Shown here piece by piece: positions 8,610-18,276 of a stretch of 37,954 nt of DNA (the stretch's first letter is position 1; each line of letters starts with the position of its first letter). The stretch comes from Planctomycetota bacterium. Lineage in GTDB: Bacteria; Planctomycetota; MHYJ01; JACQXL01; CAKKQI01. The position numbers were made by a program, and so were the translations under genes. Location: NCBI GenBank assembly GCA_030633885.1, contig DAOWBV010000003.1, positions 1-37,954 of the forward strand. The letters run 5' to 3'. Below the pieces are notes generated by a model. It did no database searches. It worked only from the letters and a program-made list of their open reading frames with translations, and was not told the DNA's origin.

Positions 8610-9770
8610 TTATTTTTTAACGGCCTGTTTTATGGCCGCCAATATTTCTTTTGGGTCATGGGTTTCGCCGCCCATGTGGGGAACGCTGATGACTTTCGCA
8701 TTCCCGGCGGCACAGCGTTCGACCACCAGTGATATTTGTCCCTGGTTCAGTTCCGGGACGACGATCGCCTTGACTTTTTTAGCCAGGGCTTTTATTCTTT
8801 CTTCCGGGAAGGGCCAGACGGTGACCAGGCGCAGCAACCCGACTTTTGTTCCTTCTTTGCGGGCCTGCTGGATCGGCAGAACGGCCGTCCGGGCGGAAAT
8901 CCCGTAGGAAACTACCACCACATCGGCTCCTTCAACATTGTCTTCTTCCAGTATGATGATCTTATCACGGTTAAGGCGTATTTTATCGAGTAGGCGTTTG
9001 ACTAATTTTTGTTGGGTCTTGGCGTTAATGACCGGGTAGCCTTTTTCGTCATGGGTCAGGCCAGTGATATGAATGTGGTATCCCTCACCGGCGTTGGCCA
9101 TGGGAGGAACGAGGTTTTTGTTCGGTTTAAACGGCAGATATTTTTCCGGTTTTTCTTTGGTTTTGAGACGGGGATGGATCTTGATTTTTTCCGGGGACGG
9201 GATGACCACTTTTTCGCTCATGTGGCCGACCACTTCATCAGCCATGACCAGGACCGGGGTGCGGAATTCTTCGGATAGGTTGAAAGCCTTAATGGTCAGA
9301 TCGAACATTTCCTGGGGCGAAGACGGGCAGAGGGCGATGATTTCGTAAGGTCCGTGCGAACCCCAGCGGGCCTGCATCATATCGCCCTGGCCGACCAGGG
9401 TCGGCAGGCCGGTCGAGGGCCCGCCGCGCTGGACATTGACCAGAACGCAGGGGGTTTCGATCATAATTCCCAGGCCCATGTTTTCCATCATCAAGCTGAA
9501 GCCCGGGCCGGAGGTGGCCGTCATCGAACGTTTACCGGCCCAGGAGGCGCCCAGAATAGCGATCATTGAAGCGATCTCGTCTTCCATTTGGATGTAAACG
9601 CCGCCGACTAACGGCAGGCGTTCGGACATGCGTTCGGTCACTTCGGTGGCCGGGGTGATCGGATAGCCGGCAAAGAAACGGCAACCGGCGGCCAGGGCGC
9701 CTTCGGCGCAGGCATTGTCGCCGTTCATGAAATGACTGCCGGTCAGGACCGGCTTCTCAACTTCTAACAT
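8610..9770 (-). CDS. korA: 2-oxoacid:ferredoxin oxidoreductase alpha subunit
   Basis: GYPITP, QMEDEIAS, TATSGPGFSLM, QRGGPSTGLPT motifs. Confidence 0.95.
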   Translation of the reverse strand: MLEVEKPVLTGSHFMNGDNACAEGALAAGCRFFAGYPITPATEVTERMSERLPLVGGVYIQMEDEIASMIAILGASWAGKRSMTATSGPGFSLMMENMGLGIMIETPCVLVNVQRGGPSTGLPTLVGQGDMMQARWGSHGPYEIIALCPSSPQEMFDLTIKAFNLSEEFRTPVLVMADEVVGHMSEKVVIPSPEKIKIHPRLKTKEKPEKYLPFKPNKNLVPPMANAGEGYHIHITGLTHDEKGYPVINAKTQQKLVKRLLDKIRLNRDKIIILEEDNVEGADVVVVSYGISARTAVLPIQQARKEGTKVGLLRLVTVWPFPEERIKALAKKVKAIVVPELNQGQISLVVERCAAGNAKVISVPHMGGETHDPKEILAAIKQAVKK

Positions 9771-10074
9771 TTTTTTTAGTTTGTTTTAGTTTTTTACCCG
9801 TGGTCGGTTTTTTCTTTTCCACTTCACAATAAATGGCGAAATCAGGACAGATGATCGTGCAGAGATCACAGGCGATGCAGGCTTCAGGATTTTTTACCTC
9901 AGGCAGATTGTAGCCCTTGGCGTTGTAGTGGCTGGAAAGTTCGAGCACTTTTTTCGGACAGAATTCAACGCAGAAAGAACACCCTTTACAGCGTTCTTTG
10001 ATGATGTGAATTTTACCTCGCGGGGCTTCCGTTACGGCTGTATCTAAAGGCTTACGCCAGCACTTGGTCATCAA
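9757..10074 (-). CDS. korD: 2x[4Fe-4S] ferredoxin-like delta subunit
   Basis: CKGCSFCVEFCP and CIACDLCTIICP; first gene of the kor operon; GAGGTG RBS. Confidence 0.92.
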   Translation of the reverse strand: MMTKCWRKPLDTAVTEAPRGKIHIIKERCKGCSFCVEFCPKKVLELSSHYNAKGYNLPEVKNPEACIACDLCTIICPDFAIYCEVEKKKPTTGKKLKQTKKNVRS

Positions 10075-10091
10075 ATCACCTCAGAATTTTC

Positions 10092-10120
10092 ATTCTAATA
10101 CAAACTTGAATAATTGTCAA
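10092..10120 (-). promoter_or_regulatory. sigma70 promoter of the kor operon
   Basis: TTGACA-17 nt-TAGAAT on the minus strand just upstream of korD. Confidence 0.75.
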
Positions 10121-10183
10121 TAAAATTGCCCAGATAAAGCTTCCATTAGTTTCGATATGCTGGTCTGAGGAGTATCGAGCGAA

Positions 10184-10230
10184 ATTCTTCCGTAGCCTCA
10201 CCGCTCGAGAGTGGTGAGGCGAAGGAGAAT
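10184..10230. repeat. intergenic hairpin of the TCCGTAGC...GCGAAGGA type
   Basis: ATTCT TCCGTAGCCTCACC GCTCGAGAGT GGTGAGGCGAAGGA GAAT; shares the CCGWAGC/GCGWAGG internal loop with 7106 and 34465. Confidence 0.65.
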
Positions 10231-10287
10231 AAAAGTTGCATTTTTGTCTGGAAAATGTAATATGAAATAAATATTTTAAAAGGAGTA

Positions 10288-10929
10288 ATGATCATAATGG
10301 GTCTATTTCCGGTAGCTTTTATTATCCTTATGTTTTCAGCGATCATTCACGAGTGCGCCCATGGTTACGCGGCCTATCGGTTGGGCGACCCGACCGCTTA
10401 TCACGCCGGCCGGATCACCCTTAATCCGGTAAAGCATATTGACCCGATGATGACGATCATTGTTCCTTTAATATCTTATTTTTCTTTCGGATTTATTTTC
10501 GGAGGCGCCAAGCCGGTTCCCATCAATCCGTATAATTTTCGTAACCCGGAAAAAGGTATGCTGATCAGCAGTCTGGCCGGGCCGGCCGCTAATTTTTCTT
10601 TAGCACTGATCGGATTTGGTTTTTTCGCGTTCACCGCCCGGCTGGATATTTTTACGGGTTCCCTGGCTCAATTTAATTATATTGTTTTTTATCTGCTGAT
10701 CATTATTAATTTAATTCTCGGTATTTTTAACCTGATCCCGATTCCGCCGCTGGACGGATCCCGGGTACTGCGTTATTTTTTACCGTGGGATATGAAGTCG
10801 TCATTTGACCGAATGGAACCTTTCGGTTTTTTTATTATTATATTTGTGGTCATGATCGGTGGTTTTAATTTTATTCATGTGATTCTTGATCAGGTCGGGA
10901 TACTTTTGCAAAAAATAGCCGGAGGATAA
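10288..10929 (+). CDS. site-2 protease family (M50) membrane metalloprotease
   Basis: HECAHG, TLNP..H.DP, AGP..N, FNLIPIPPLDG; conserved position upstream of trpS; start may be 10297. Confidence 0.93.
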   Translation: MIIMGLFPVAFIILMFSAIIHECAHGYAAYRLGDPTAYHAGRITLNPVKHIDPMMTIIVPLISYFSFGFIFGGAKPVPINPYNFRNPEKGMLISSLAGPAANFSLALIGFGFFAFTARLDIFTGSLAQFNYIVFYLLIIINLILGIFNLIPIPPLDGSRVLRYFLPWDMKSSFDRMEPFGFFIIIFVVMIGGFNFIHVILDQVGILLQKIAGG

Positions 10930-10936
10930 TTAAAAA

Positions 10937-11929
10937 ATGGTCAGAAAAAGGATTCTTTCGGGTATGCGGCCGACCGGGAAACTGCATCTGGGTCATCTGG
11001 TTGGTGCCTTGGAAAACTGGGTAAAACTGCAGGCCGATCATGATTGTTTTTACATGATCGCCGACTGGCATGCTTTGATGAGTGAATACAAAAATCCGGC
11101 CCGGATCCGGGCCGACGGGTTGGATAACGTGGTTGACTGGCTGGCTTGCGGGGTTGACCCTGAGCGAAGCGTTATTTTCCGGCAGTCCGATGTGGTCGAG
11201 CATGTGGAACTGGCTTTTATCCTGGGAACGATTACACCCATCGGCTGGCTGGAACGCTGTCCGACTTACAAGGAACAACTAAAAGAATTGGCCGACAAGG
11301 ATATTAAGACTTACGCTTTTCTGGGTTATCCGGTTTTGCAGGCGGCCGATATTTTGATTTACCAGGCCAACGCGGTCCCGGTCGGCGAAGACCAACTGCC
11401 TCATCTGGAGTTGACCCGCGAGATCGTCCGTCGGTTCAACCATCTTTTTGAGAAAAAACAACAGTCGATCTTTCCGGAACCCCAGGCGTTACTGACCAAA
11501 ACGGCCCGGTTAATGGGGTTGGACCGTCGGAAGATGAGCAAGAGTTACGGGAACGTGATCAACTTGTCCGACTCGCCCGAAGACATTACTAAAAAGATCA
11601 AGACCATGATCACCGATCCCAAGCGGATCAAAAGAAATGATCCGGGCCATCCGGAAGAATGCAACGTTTATAAGTATCAGCAGGTGTTTAATGACGGCCG
11701 GACTGGTGTTTTATCGGTTGAATGCAAAAAAGCCGGGATCGGCTGCGCCGACTGCAAAAAAGAATTAAGCGAAGCAATGTTTAAGATCCTGAGCCCGATT
11801 CACGCCAAACGGGCGGAAATATTATCAAAAAAAGGGTACGTGGAAGAAGTAATCGAAAGCGGTAATAAAAAAGCTCGTCAGGTTGCTCAACACACCATGG
11901 CCCAGGTAAAAAAAGCCGTTTGCGTCTAA
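10937..11929 (+). CDS. trpS: tryptophanyl-tRNA synthetase
   Basis: SGMRPTGKLHLGH (HIGH), YPVLQAADIL, VPVGEDQ, KMSKS. Confidence 0.98.
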   Translation: MVRKRILSGMRPTGKLHLGHLVGALENWVKLQADHDCFYMIADWHALMSEYKNPARIRADGLDNVVDWLACGVDPERSVIFRQSDVVEHVELAFILGTITPIGWLERCPTYKEQLKELADKDIKTYAFLGYPVLQAADILIYQANAVPVGEDQLPHLELTREIVRRFNHLFEKKQQSIFPEPQALLTKTARLMGLDRRKMSKSYGNVINLSDSPEDITKKIKTMITDPKRIKRNDPGHPEECNVYKYQQVFNDGRTGVLSVECKKAGIGCADCKKELSEAMFKILSPIHAKRAEILSKKGYVEEVIESGNKKARQVAQHTMAQVKKAVCV

Positions 11930-11933
11930 AATC

Positions 11934-12665
11934 ATGATTGAAAATATGGACAGCAAAATTCAGCTGGAAAATTTTTACGGTCCTCTTGACCTTTTACTTT
12001 ACCTGATAAAAGAGGACGAACTAAATATTTACGATATTCCCATCGCCCGGGTTACCGAGCAATATATCAGTTATCTTGAAATGATAAAAAAACTGGATAT
12101 TAATCTGGCGGGCGAGTTTATTGTCATGGTTTCCGCCCTGATGGAGATCAAATCCAAGACGCTCATGCCGCGGGATGAAGAGGAGCCGGAGGAAGCCGAC
12201 CCGCGTTTTGAACTGGTCCGCAAACTCATCGAGTACAAAAAATATAAAGATCTCGCCCAGAAATTCAGGCCTCTCATCACCGAATATTCTCAAAGGCGGA
12301 GCCGTCCCGTTATCCACGTTAAACGGACAGAAAACGAAGAAGAGGAAGCATTGATCGAGCTCGATCTCTGGACGCTCGTCCGCGCTTTTAGTCGGTTAAG
12401 CAGTGAAACCACGCTCGATATTTCCACTTCCATTCTTTACGATGACGTCCCGGTTGAAAAATTCATCGAAAATATCATTCAGCGATTAAAAAAGGTTTCC
12501 CAACTGATGTTTTCCGAATTGGTCGGTCAAAAGGCGGACCGTTTTAATGTGTTGAAAAATTTGCTCGCTTCTCTGGAGCTGGCCCGGCAGCAAAAAGTCG
12601 AGTTGGACCAGGCCGAAGATTTCGGGGACATCAGGTTAACTTTACGGTCAGAGGGTAACGAGTAA
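11934..12665 (+). CDS. scpA: segregation and condensation protein A (kleisin)
   Basis: FYGPLDLLLYLI...IYDIPIA.VT.QY, GEF.VM...L.EIKSK.L.P, DPR.ELV..LIEYK. Confidence 0.94.
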   Translation: MIENMDSKIQLENFYGPLDLLLYLIKEDELNIYDIPIARVTEQYISYLEMIKKLDINLAGEFIVMVSALMEIKSKTLMPRDEEEPEEADPRFELVRKLIEYKKYKDLAQKFRPLITEYSQRRSRPVIHVKRTENEEEEALIELDLWTLVRAFSRLSSETTLDISTSILYDDVPVEKFIENIIQRLKKVSQLMFSELVGQKADRFNVLKNLLASLELARQQKVELDQAEDFGDIRLTLRSEGNE

Positions 12666-12675
12666 ATTATTCAGG

Positions 12676-12821
12676 GGTGACCGTAAAGGTCGCAGCTACA
12701 AATAATATATTCAGCTACGGGGTTTATCCCTGCTTGTTTCTTTTAATTTTTGGTAGACAACGAGGTTTATCCTCGTTGATTTTATTATTTACTATTAACG
12801 ACCGTTAAGGTCGTTGTCTAC
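12676..12821. repeat. cluster of GTAG-foot REP elements (one single, one decayed, one doublet)
   Basis: GGTGACCGTAAAGGTCGCAGCTAC (12676-12699); decayed CAGCTACGGGGTTTATCCCTGC; doublet GTAG AC AACGAGG TTTAT CCTCGTT ... AACGACC GTTAA GGTCGTT GT CTAC (12753-12821). Confidence 0.8.
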
Positions 12822-12837
12822 CAGTGCAGAGATATTT

Positions 12838-13761
12838 ATGAGTAAATTATTTGACGAAGAATTTTTACAGAAATTCTCCCGCCTGAAATTTATTGTCCGC
12901 AAGGTTCTGGCTGCCGGAACAACCGGCGAAAAAACCATCCGGCAGAAAGGCGGGCGAATGGAATTCAGCGATTACCGCAAGTATTCGCCCGGCGACGAAG
13001 CCCAGCGCATTGATTGGAATGTTTTCGGCCGGACCGAAAAACTTTTCATCAAAGAATTCGCCCGGGAAGAATCATTGCCGGTTTATATTCTTCTGGATCT
13101 GACCGCTTCGATGGCCGCTCCGCGCCGGTCAAAAAAGACTCCGGCCCGCGACGAAAAATTCACATACGCCTGCCAATTAGCCGCCGCTTTGGGTTATATC
13201 GGATTGGTGACTGATAACCCCCTGCGGATTTTCGGTTTTTCCGGGCAGTTATTAAAAACTTCGACGGAATTCCGGGGCGAAAGTCAGGCTTTAGACGTCT
13301 TGAAATTCCTGGAATCATTGGATGCCCGGGGTGAGACTGATTTAAGCGTGGCTTTAAATTCTTTGAATAAGCAGATCCGGGCGAAAGGACTATTGATCCT
13401 GATCTCAGACCTGATGGAATCCCGGGCGGATGGGGAAAGAGGCATTTTGGCCGGAGAGTATCTGCTTAAATTTGTTCAGCGTGGTTTTGTTGTCAGTGTT
13501 TTTCATCTTTTGACCCGGGCCGAAGAAAATCCGGTCCTGACCGGTTGGGTAAAATTAAAGGATGCCGAGATCGGCGCTACCCGGACTGTGCTGGTGGACG
13601 AGAAAAAACGGACCGAATACTTACAAACTTTAAATAAATTCATCGAAGAATGGCAGTCTTTTTGCGCCAAACATAATATTAAATATTTTCACGTGAATAC
13701 CGATCTGGCGCTGGAAACTTTACTTTTGAATTTCCTGCGCCAGGGTGGGCTTTTGAAATAA
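12838..13761 (+). CDS. DUF58 family (MoxR-associated vWA-like) protein
   Basis: EFSDYRKYSPGD...IDWNVFGRTEKLFIKEF..E, LD.TASM, ISDL; ATG at 12838 preferred because the upstream TTG lies in a REP. Confidence 0.9.
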   Translation: MSKLFDEEFLQKFSRLKFIVRKVLAAGTTGEKTIRQKGGRMEFSDYRKYSPGDEAQRIDWNVFGRTEKLFIKEFAREESLPVYILLDLTASMAAPRRSKKTPARDEKFTYACQLAAALGYIGLVTDNPLRIFGFSGQLLKTSTEFRGESQALDVLKFLESLDARGETDLSVALNSLNKQIRAKGLLILISDLMESRADGERGILAGEYLLKFVQRGFVVSVFHLLTRAEENPVLTGWVKLKDAEIGATRTVLVDEKKRTEYLQTLNKFIEEWQSFCAKHNIKYFHVNTDLALETLLLNFLRQGGLLK

Positions 13762-13783
13762 GGTTAAAATTTCTTTTGTGTTG

Positions 13784-13861
13784 CCTCCCCCTTGATGGGG
13801 GAGGTAAGGTGGGGGTGACGAAGTACTACCCTCCCCTATCCCCTCCCATCAAGGGAGGGGG
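13784..13861. repeat. G/C-rich inverted-repeat element, copy 1
   Basis: CCTCCCCCTTGATGGGGGAGG...CCCCTCCCATCAAGGGAGGGG; near-identical arms at 18146-18228. Confidence 0.85.
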
Positions 13862-13886
13862 ATTTTATTTATAGACTGTTAAAATC

Positions 13887-15836
13887 ATGAATTTTCAATA
13901 TCCCGAAGCGTTCTGGGGCCTGCTGTTGATCCCGCTGATAATTCTGCTCCGGCTCTGGCGGATGAGGCCGGTCACCCTGATCGTGCCGAGTATTTTTATC
14001 TGGCGGCGGATGGATGAAACCATTGCCCAGCGCCGGGTTTCCTCCTGGAAAAAGGTTACCCTGATCATGATCCTGCAGTGTCTGGGTGTGGGCGGTTTGG
14101 TCCTGGCCCTGAGCCAACCGGCCAGGGTCAGTTGGGAAAAAGTTTCTCAAAATGTGATTATTCTGATAGATAATTCCGCCAGTTTGAAAACATCAGGTCG
14201 TTGGAATAAGTTGATCAAAGCGGTAAATACTTCGCTAAATGGATTAGAAAATGACAGTCGGGTGGCCATTTTTACCGGGTCAAGCGGTTTCAGTGACCTG
14301 GTCAGTAAGCAAACGCCGCCCGCGGCCCGGGAACATTTAAAAAATCTTCAGCCGACAGATGCGCCGGAAGATCTGCTTGGGCTGATCACTCGCGCGGCCG
14401 GATTGATCAACCGTGCGCCGCCCCAGACTACGGTCTACTTTGTTTCTGACAAAAAACTGCCGGCTGACCTGATCGATCTATTGAAGATCAAACCATTGTT
14501 TATTTTACAGGGGGCTCCTTCCCGTAACCTGGCTATTACCCACCTGGCCGTGACACCGGTTCGGGATGAATCGCTCCATGATATTTTTGTCCGGGTGCAA
14601 AACTTTTCGAGTGAAGAGCAAAAAGCCGTCCTGACAATTAAAGCTGACGATCAAATGATCGCATCACGCGAGGTAAAAATGAGCGGCCAGACTAAGCGCT
14701 CATTGATCTTTCATCAGACGAATCTACTCAAAGGACGTCCCGGCAAATCTTTACCTCTGATCATTAAAGTACACATAGGTATTAAATTGGAACCGCACGA
14801 AAGTCCGATTTATCCGTATGGAGACGAATTAGGTTCTGATAACACTGTCTGGTTAAGTCGTCTGGTTAATCCCGAAGTTAAGGTCTGTTTGACCGGTCCG
14901 GACAATCCGTTACTACTAAAAGTTTTGCAATCCATTCCCGGGGCGCAAGTAGAATATTTTCCGGCTCCGAAAGATATCAAGAAATTAAATCATGATTTAT
15001 TCATTTATAATAATGTTTTACCGGCCGGACCGATCTCCGGCACCAATACGGTTTTGGTGAATCCGGCGGCTGATTTTGGTCCGTTTCGGATAATGGGCGA
15101 TTTAAAAGATCCGGCGGTTACTTACCAGAATTTTGATTCGCCGTTTTTACCTTACGTTGATTTCAAGAACATTAATATCTGGCACGCCCGGGAGACGGAA
15201 ATTTTACCGTCGGAAAAAGAGTACTGGCAATCATTTATTTCCGCTGGTGAGTTTCCCCTGATCGGTCAATGGAAAAGATCTGGCGGTCCGGAATTAGCCG
15301 ATTCGACACGCCTGCTGGTGATAAATTTTGACCTTAACTGGCGCGGGTCCGGGAATAGCGCCACTAACTGGCCGCTGGATATTTCCTTCCCTGTTTTCTG
15401 GATGAATTTGGTAAATGAATTAACCGGCCGGCAAAATCGGACAGACCAATACGGATATTACCGGACCGGCCAACCGGTGGTGATCAATTTAAGAAATATT
15501 AAGGGGGCGATCGGTAAACGTGTTATGACATTGCTCCGGCCGGGCGGTCAGCCCGAAACGATCAAGGTGGTTAATCAGACGGTCAGTTTTGTGCCGTTAA
15601 TGGTCGGGGTGGCTGAACTCAAGGGCGGGGCCGCGCCTTATCAGATCGCGGTTAACCTGTGCGACGAGGCTGAATCGGATAATAATGGACAGACTTTTTT
15701 GTCAGAAGCAGCTCCGTTGTCCGAATTACAGGAAAAACTTTTTGTCGTGACCAGTCAATCTTTAACGCCTTGGCTGGTGATCGGCGGGCTAATATTTTTA
15801 ATGCTCGCCTGGTGGTTGGAACGATCTGAATTATGA
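13887..15836 (+). CDS. BatA-domain / vWA membrane protein
   Basis: N-terminal BatA (F..P.A.WGLL.IP.I...VPS...W...LALSQP), MIDAS-like DNSAS, SD motif, Ig-like middle part, FPVFW.N, VNL....ESD, C-terminal TM. Confidence 0.85.
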   Translation: MNFQYPEAFWGLLLIPLIILLRLWRMRPVTLIVPSIFIWRRMDETIAQRRVSSWKKVTLIMILQCLGVGGLVLALSQPARVSWEKVSQNVIILIDNSASLKTSGRWNKLIKAVNTSLNGLENDSRVAIFTGSSGFSDLVSKQTPPAAREHLKNLQPTDAPEDLLGLITRAAGLINRAPPQTTVYFVSDKKLPADLIDLLKIKPLFILQGAPSRNLAITHLAVTPVRDESLHDIFVRVQNFSSEEQKAVLTIKADDQMIASREVKMSGQTKRSLIFHQTNLLKGRPGKSLPLIIKVHIGIKLEPHESPIYPYGDELGSDNTVWLSRLVNPEVKVCLTGPDNPLLLKVLQSIPGAQVEYFPAPKDIKKLNHDLFIYNNVLPAGPISGTNTVLVNPAADFGPFRIMGDLKDPAVTYQNFDSPFLPYVDFKNINIWHARETEILPSEKEYWQSFISAGEFPLIGQWKRSGGPELADSTRLLVINFDLNWRGSGNSATNWPLDISFPVFWMNLVNELTGRQNRTDQYGYYRTGQPVVINLRNIKGAIGKRVMTLLRPGGQPETIKVVNQTVSFVPLMVGVAELKGGAAPYQIAVNLCDEAESDNNGQTFLSEAAPLSELQEKLFVVTSQSLTPWLVIGGLIFLMLAWWLERSEL

Positions 15837-16561
15837 ATAAAAAATCCTCAGACATTAAAGCAATGTTTTCCCAAATCGCGCCGCGGTATGATTTCCTGAA
15901 CTCTTTTCTCAGCCTTCGTCAGGACCATGCCTGGCGTCAAAAAACCGTTCGGATCGTCACACGAGAGCTGAACCGGGATTATCAGGTGCTTGACGTCTGT
16001 ACCGGAACGGCTGAGCTGGCCTTGACTTTTCGGCGGAAATCAAATAACCGGGTTATCGGGACGGATTTCGCTTTGCCCATGCTCAAAATTGCCCGGGATA
16101 AACTCAAGCAAAAAGTGCCGTCTAACGATTGTTATCTTTCCGCGGCGGATACGTGCCGATTGCCATTCAAAGATAATTCTTTTGCTGTCTGCTCGATCGC
16201 GTTTGGTCTGCGTAACCTGGTTGATCTGTCAGGCGGGCTGAAGGAAATGTTCCGGGTTCTGATCCCCGGTGGCCGGTTGGCCATCCTGGAGTTCAGCTTG
16301 CCCCGCCCGAGGCGTGGTAAACCGCTAAACAATATCTTCGCGTCCTTATATTTATTTTATTTTACCCGGATTTTGCCTAGACTGGGTAACATGATTTCCC
16401 GGAGCCGGATGGCCGCTTATTCTTATCTGCCGGAGTCAGTACTTTCTTTTCCTGACAAAGAAAAAATGGTAAAATTACTGTCCGCCCACGGCGCCCGGCA
16501 GATTGAGGTTTATCCGATGAGCGGTGGGATTGTTAATTTGTATGTAGCCCGAAAAGGTTAA
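15833..16561 (+). CDS. menG: demethylmenaquinone / ubiquinone C-methyltransferase
   Basis: MF.QIAPRYDFLN..LS...D..WR, LDVCTGT, AFGLRN, EMFRVL.PGG, AYSYLPESV..FP. Confidence 0.94.
   Translation: MNKKSSDIKAMFSQIAPRYDFLNSFLSLRQDHAWRQKTVRIVTRELNRDYQVLDVCTGTAELALTFRRKSNNRVIGTDFALPMLKIARDKLKQKVPSNDCYLSAADTCRLPFKDNSFAVCSIAFGLRNLVDLSGGLKEMFRVLIPGGRLAILEFSLPRPRRGKPLNNIFASLYLFYFTRILPRLGNMISRSRMAAYSYLPESVLSFPDKEKMVKLLSAHGARQIEVYPMSGGIVNLYVARKG
16297..16317 (+). repeat. 21-bp CTTG-foot hairpin inserted in frame in menG
   Basis: CTTG CCCCGCC CGA GGCGTGG; deleting it turns LEFS-LPRPRRG-KP into LEFSKP. Confidence 0.75.
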
Positions 16562-16590
16562 AGGTTACAGGTGTAAGGTTGAATAATTAT

Positions 16591-16645
16591 GTAGCTGCGG
16601 GGCTTGTCCCCGCCCAGTGTAGGCGACCGTAAAGGTCGCAGCTAC
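16591..16645. repeat. GTAG-foot REP doublet
   Basis: GTAG CT GCGGGG CTTGT CCCCGC ... GCGACC GTAAA GGTCGC AG CTAC. Confidence 0.88.
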
Positions 16646-16664
16646 ATATTATGGGAGAAAAACC

Positions 16665-18128
16665 GTGTCTTTTAGAGATTTACGCGAGTTTATTAGTTTA
16701 TTAGAAAAGAAAAAATTGCTGAAACGTGTGGCGGTTGAGGTCGACCGTGATCTGGAGATCACTGAGATCGCTGACCGGACAATCAAGCAAAAGGGCCCGG
16801 CCCTGCTGTTTGAAAACGTTAAGGGATTTAAAACTCCTGTTTTGATCAACGCTTTTGGTACGGAAGAACGGATGGCTCTGGCCCTGGGTGTGAAATCGTT
16901 ATCTGAGTTGACCACGCAGGTTAATAGTCTTATTTCCGATCTGATGAATGCACCCGGCCAGTCCGGCGGCGGTTTGCTCGGGAAACTCCAGGCTCTGCCG
17001 AAACTGATGGACCTGGCCTCAAAACTATTTCCCAAAACCGTTAAGACTGGTCCGTGTAAGGAAGTCATTATAAAAGATAAACCTTCATTAGATAAATTCC
17101 CAATCATTAAATGCTGGCCGCAGGATGGCGGCCGTTACATTACTTTACCGTTAGTTTTTACCAAGAATCCTGAGAACGGGAAGCGTAACTGCGGTATGTA
17201 CCGGATGCAGGTTTTCGACGGTGCCACTACCGGCATGCATTGGCAGATGCAGAAGGACGGCGCGCGCCATTTTGCCGATACTCAAAGGAAAGGTCGGGAC
17301 AAGATCGAAGTAGCGGTGGCGATCGGGTCTGACCCGGCGGTTTCTTTTGCCGGGGCCGTTCCTCTTCCGCCGGATGTTGATGAAATGATCATGGCCGGTT
17401 ACCTGCGCGGGGCGGCCGTGGAAATGGTCAAGTGCGAGACCGTGGATCTGGAAGTTCCGGCTAACTCGGAGATCGTCCTGGAGGGTTACGTCAAGGCCGA
17501 TGAAAAACGGATGGAAGGCCCGTTCGGCGACCACACCGGTTTTTACTCTTTACCGGAAGAGTATCCTGTTTTTCATATTACATGTATTACCCATCGCAAA
17601 GATCCGATCTATCAAACGATCGTGGTCGGCCGGCCGCCGATGGAGGATTGTCTGATGGGACTGGCCATTGAAAGAATGTTTTTACCGATCATGCGGATGC
17701 ATCTGCCGGAAATAGTCGATGTCCACATGCCTTTTGAAGGTGTCTTTCATAATCTGTTGCTGGTTTCCATCAGAAAAAGCTATCCCGGCCATGCCCGCAA
17801 GGTCATGCACGCGCTCTGGGGGATGGGGCAGGCTATGTTTTCCAAAGTGATCGTGGTGGTTGATGAGGATGTTAATATCCGGAATTCTTCGGAAGTTATC
17901 TGGAAGGCATTAAATAATATCGATCCGCAGCGTGATATGGAATTTGTTATGGGTCCGGTGGATGTGCTGGACCACGCGGCCCGGACGATCGGTTACGGTT
18001 CCAAAGTCGGAATTGATGCCACGCGGAAACTGAAAGCCGAAGGCTTTACTCGTCCCTGGCCGGAGGAGATGCGGATCCCGCCGGAAGTCAAAGCGATCGT
18101 AGATAAAAAATGGAAAGACCTGAAATAG
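16665..18128 (+). CDS. ubiD: UbiD-family prFMN decarboxylase (MqnL-type, futalosine menaquinone pathway)
   Basis: WPQDGGRYIT, N.GMYRMQ, EGPFGDHTGFY, GRPPMED, SIRKSYPGHARKVM..LWG.GQ, GPVDVLDH; directly downstream of menG. Confidence 0.93.
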   Translation: MSFRDLREFISLLEKKKLLKRVAVEVDRDLEITEIADRTIKQKGPALLFENVKGFKTPVLINAFGTEERMALALGVKSLSELTTQVNSLISDLMNAPGQSGGGLLGKLQALPKLMDLASKLFPKTVKTGPCKEVIIKDKPSLDKFPIIKCWPQDGGRYITLPLVFTKNPENGKRNCGMYRMQVFDGATTGMHWQMQKDGARHFADTQRKGRDKIEVAVAIGSDPAVSFAGAVPLPPDVDEMIMAGYLRGAAVEMVKCETVDLEVPANSEIVLEGYVKADEKRMEGPFGDHTGFYSLPEEYPVFHITCITHRKDPIYQTIVVGRPPMEDCLMGLAIERMFLPIMRMHLPEIVDVHMPFEGVFHNLLLVSIRKSYPGHARKVMHALWGMGQAMFSKVIVVVDEDVNIRNSSEVIWKALNNIDPQRDMEFVMGPVDVLDHAARTIGYGSKVGIDATRKLKAEGFTRPWPEEMRIPPEVKAIVDKKWKDLK

Positions 18129-18145
18129 GCATGCTCTGTTGAATT

Positions 18146-18228
18146 CCTCCCCCTTGATGGGGGAGGATAGGTGGGGGTGAGTCTTTGTTTCACCCTCCCC
18201 CAGCCCCTCCCATCAAGGGAGGGGGGGG
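18146..18228. repeat. G/C-rich inverted-repeat element, copy 2
   Basis: CCTCCCCCTTGATGGGGGAGGATAGGTGGGGGTGA...TCACCCTCCCCCAGCCCCTCCCATCAAGGGAGGGG. Confidence 0.85.
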
Positions 18229-18276
18229 TATTTTGATAGGTTTTCAACAAAGCAAGGTAGTTACAAAAGGAAAACA

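Noticed and set aside
12676-12821. Clustered palindromes as a CRISPR array or integron attC sites
   Set aside because: No regular identical repeat-spacer period, no cas or intI gene; the GTAG-foot inverted doublets fit REPs
13110-13150. Possible hairpin-derived insert in the DUF58 gene (APRRSKKTPARD)
   Set aside because: Weak imperfect stem, no YYTG or GTAG foot, and a naturally variable loop; not supportable without an alignment
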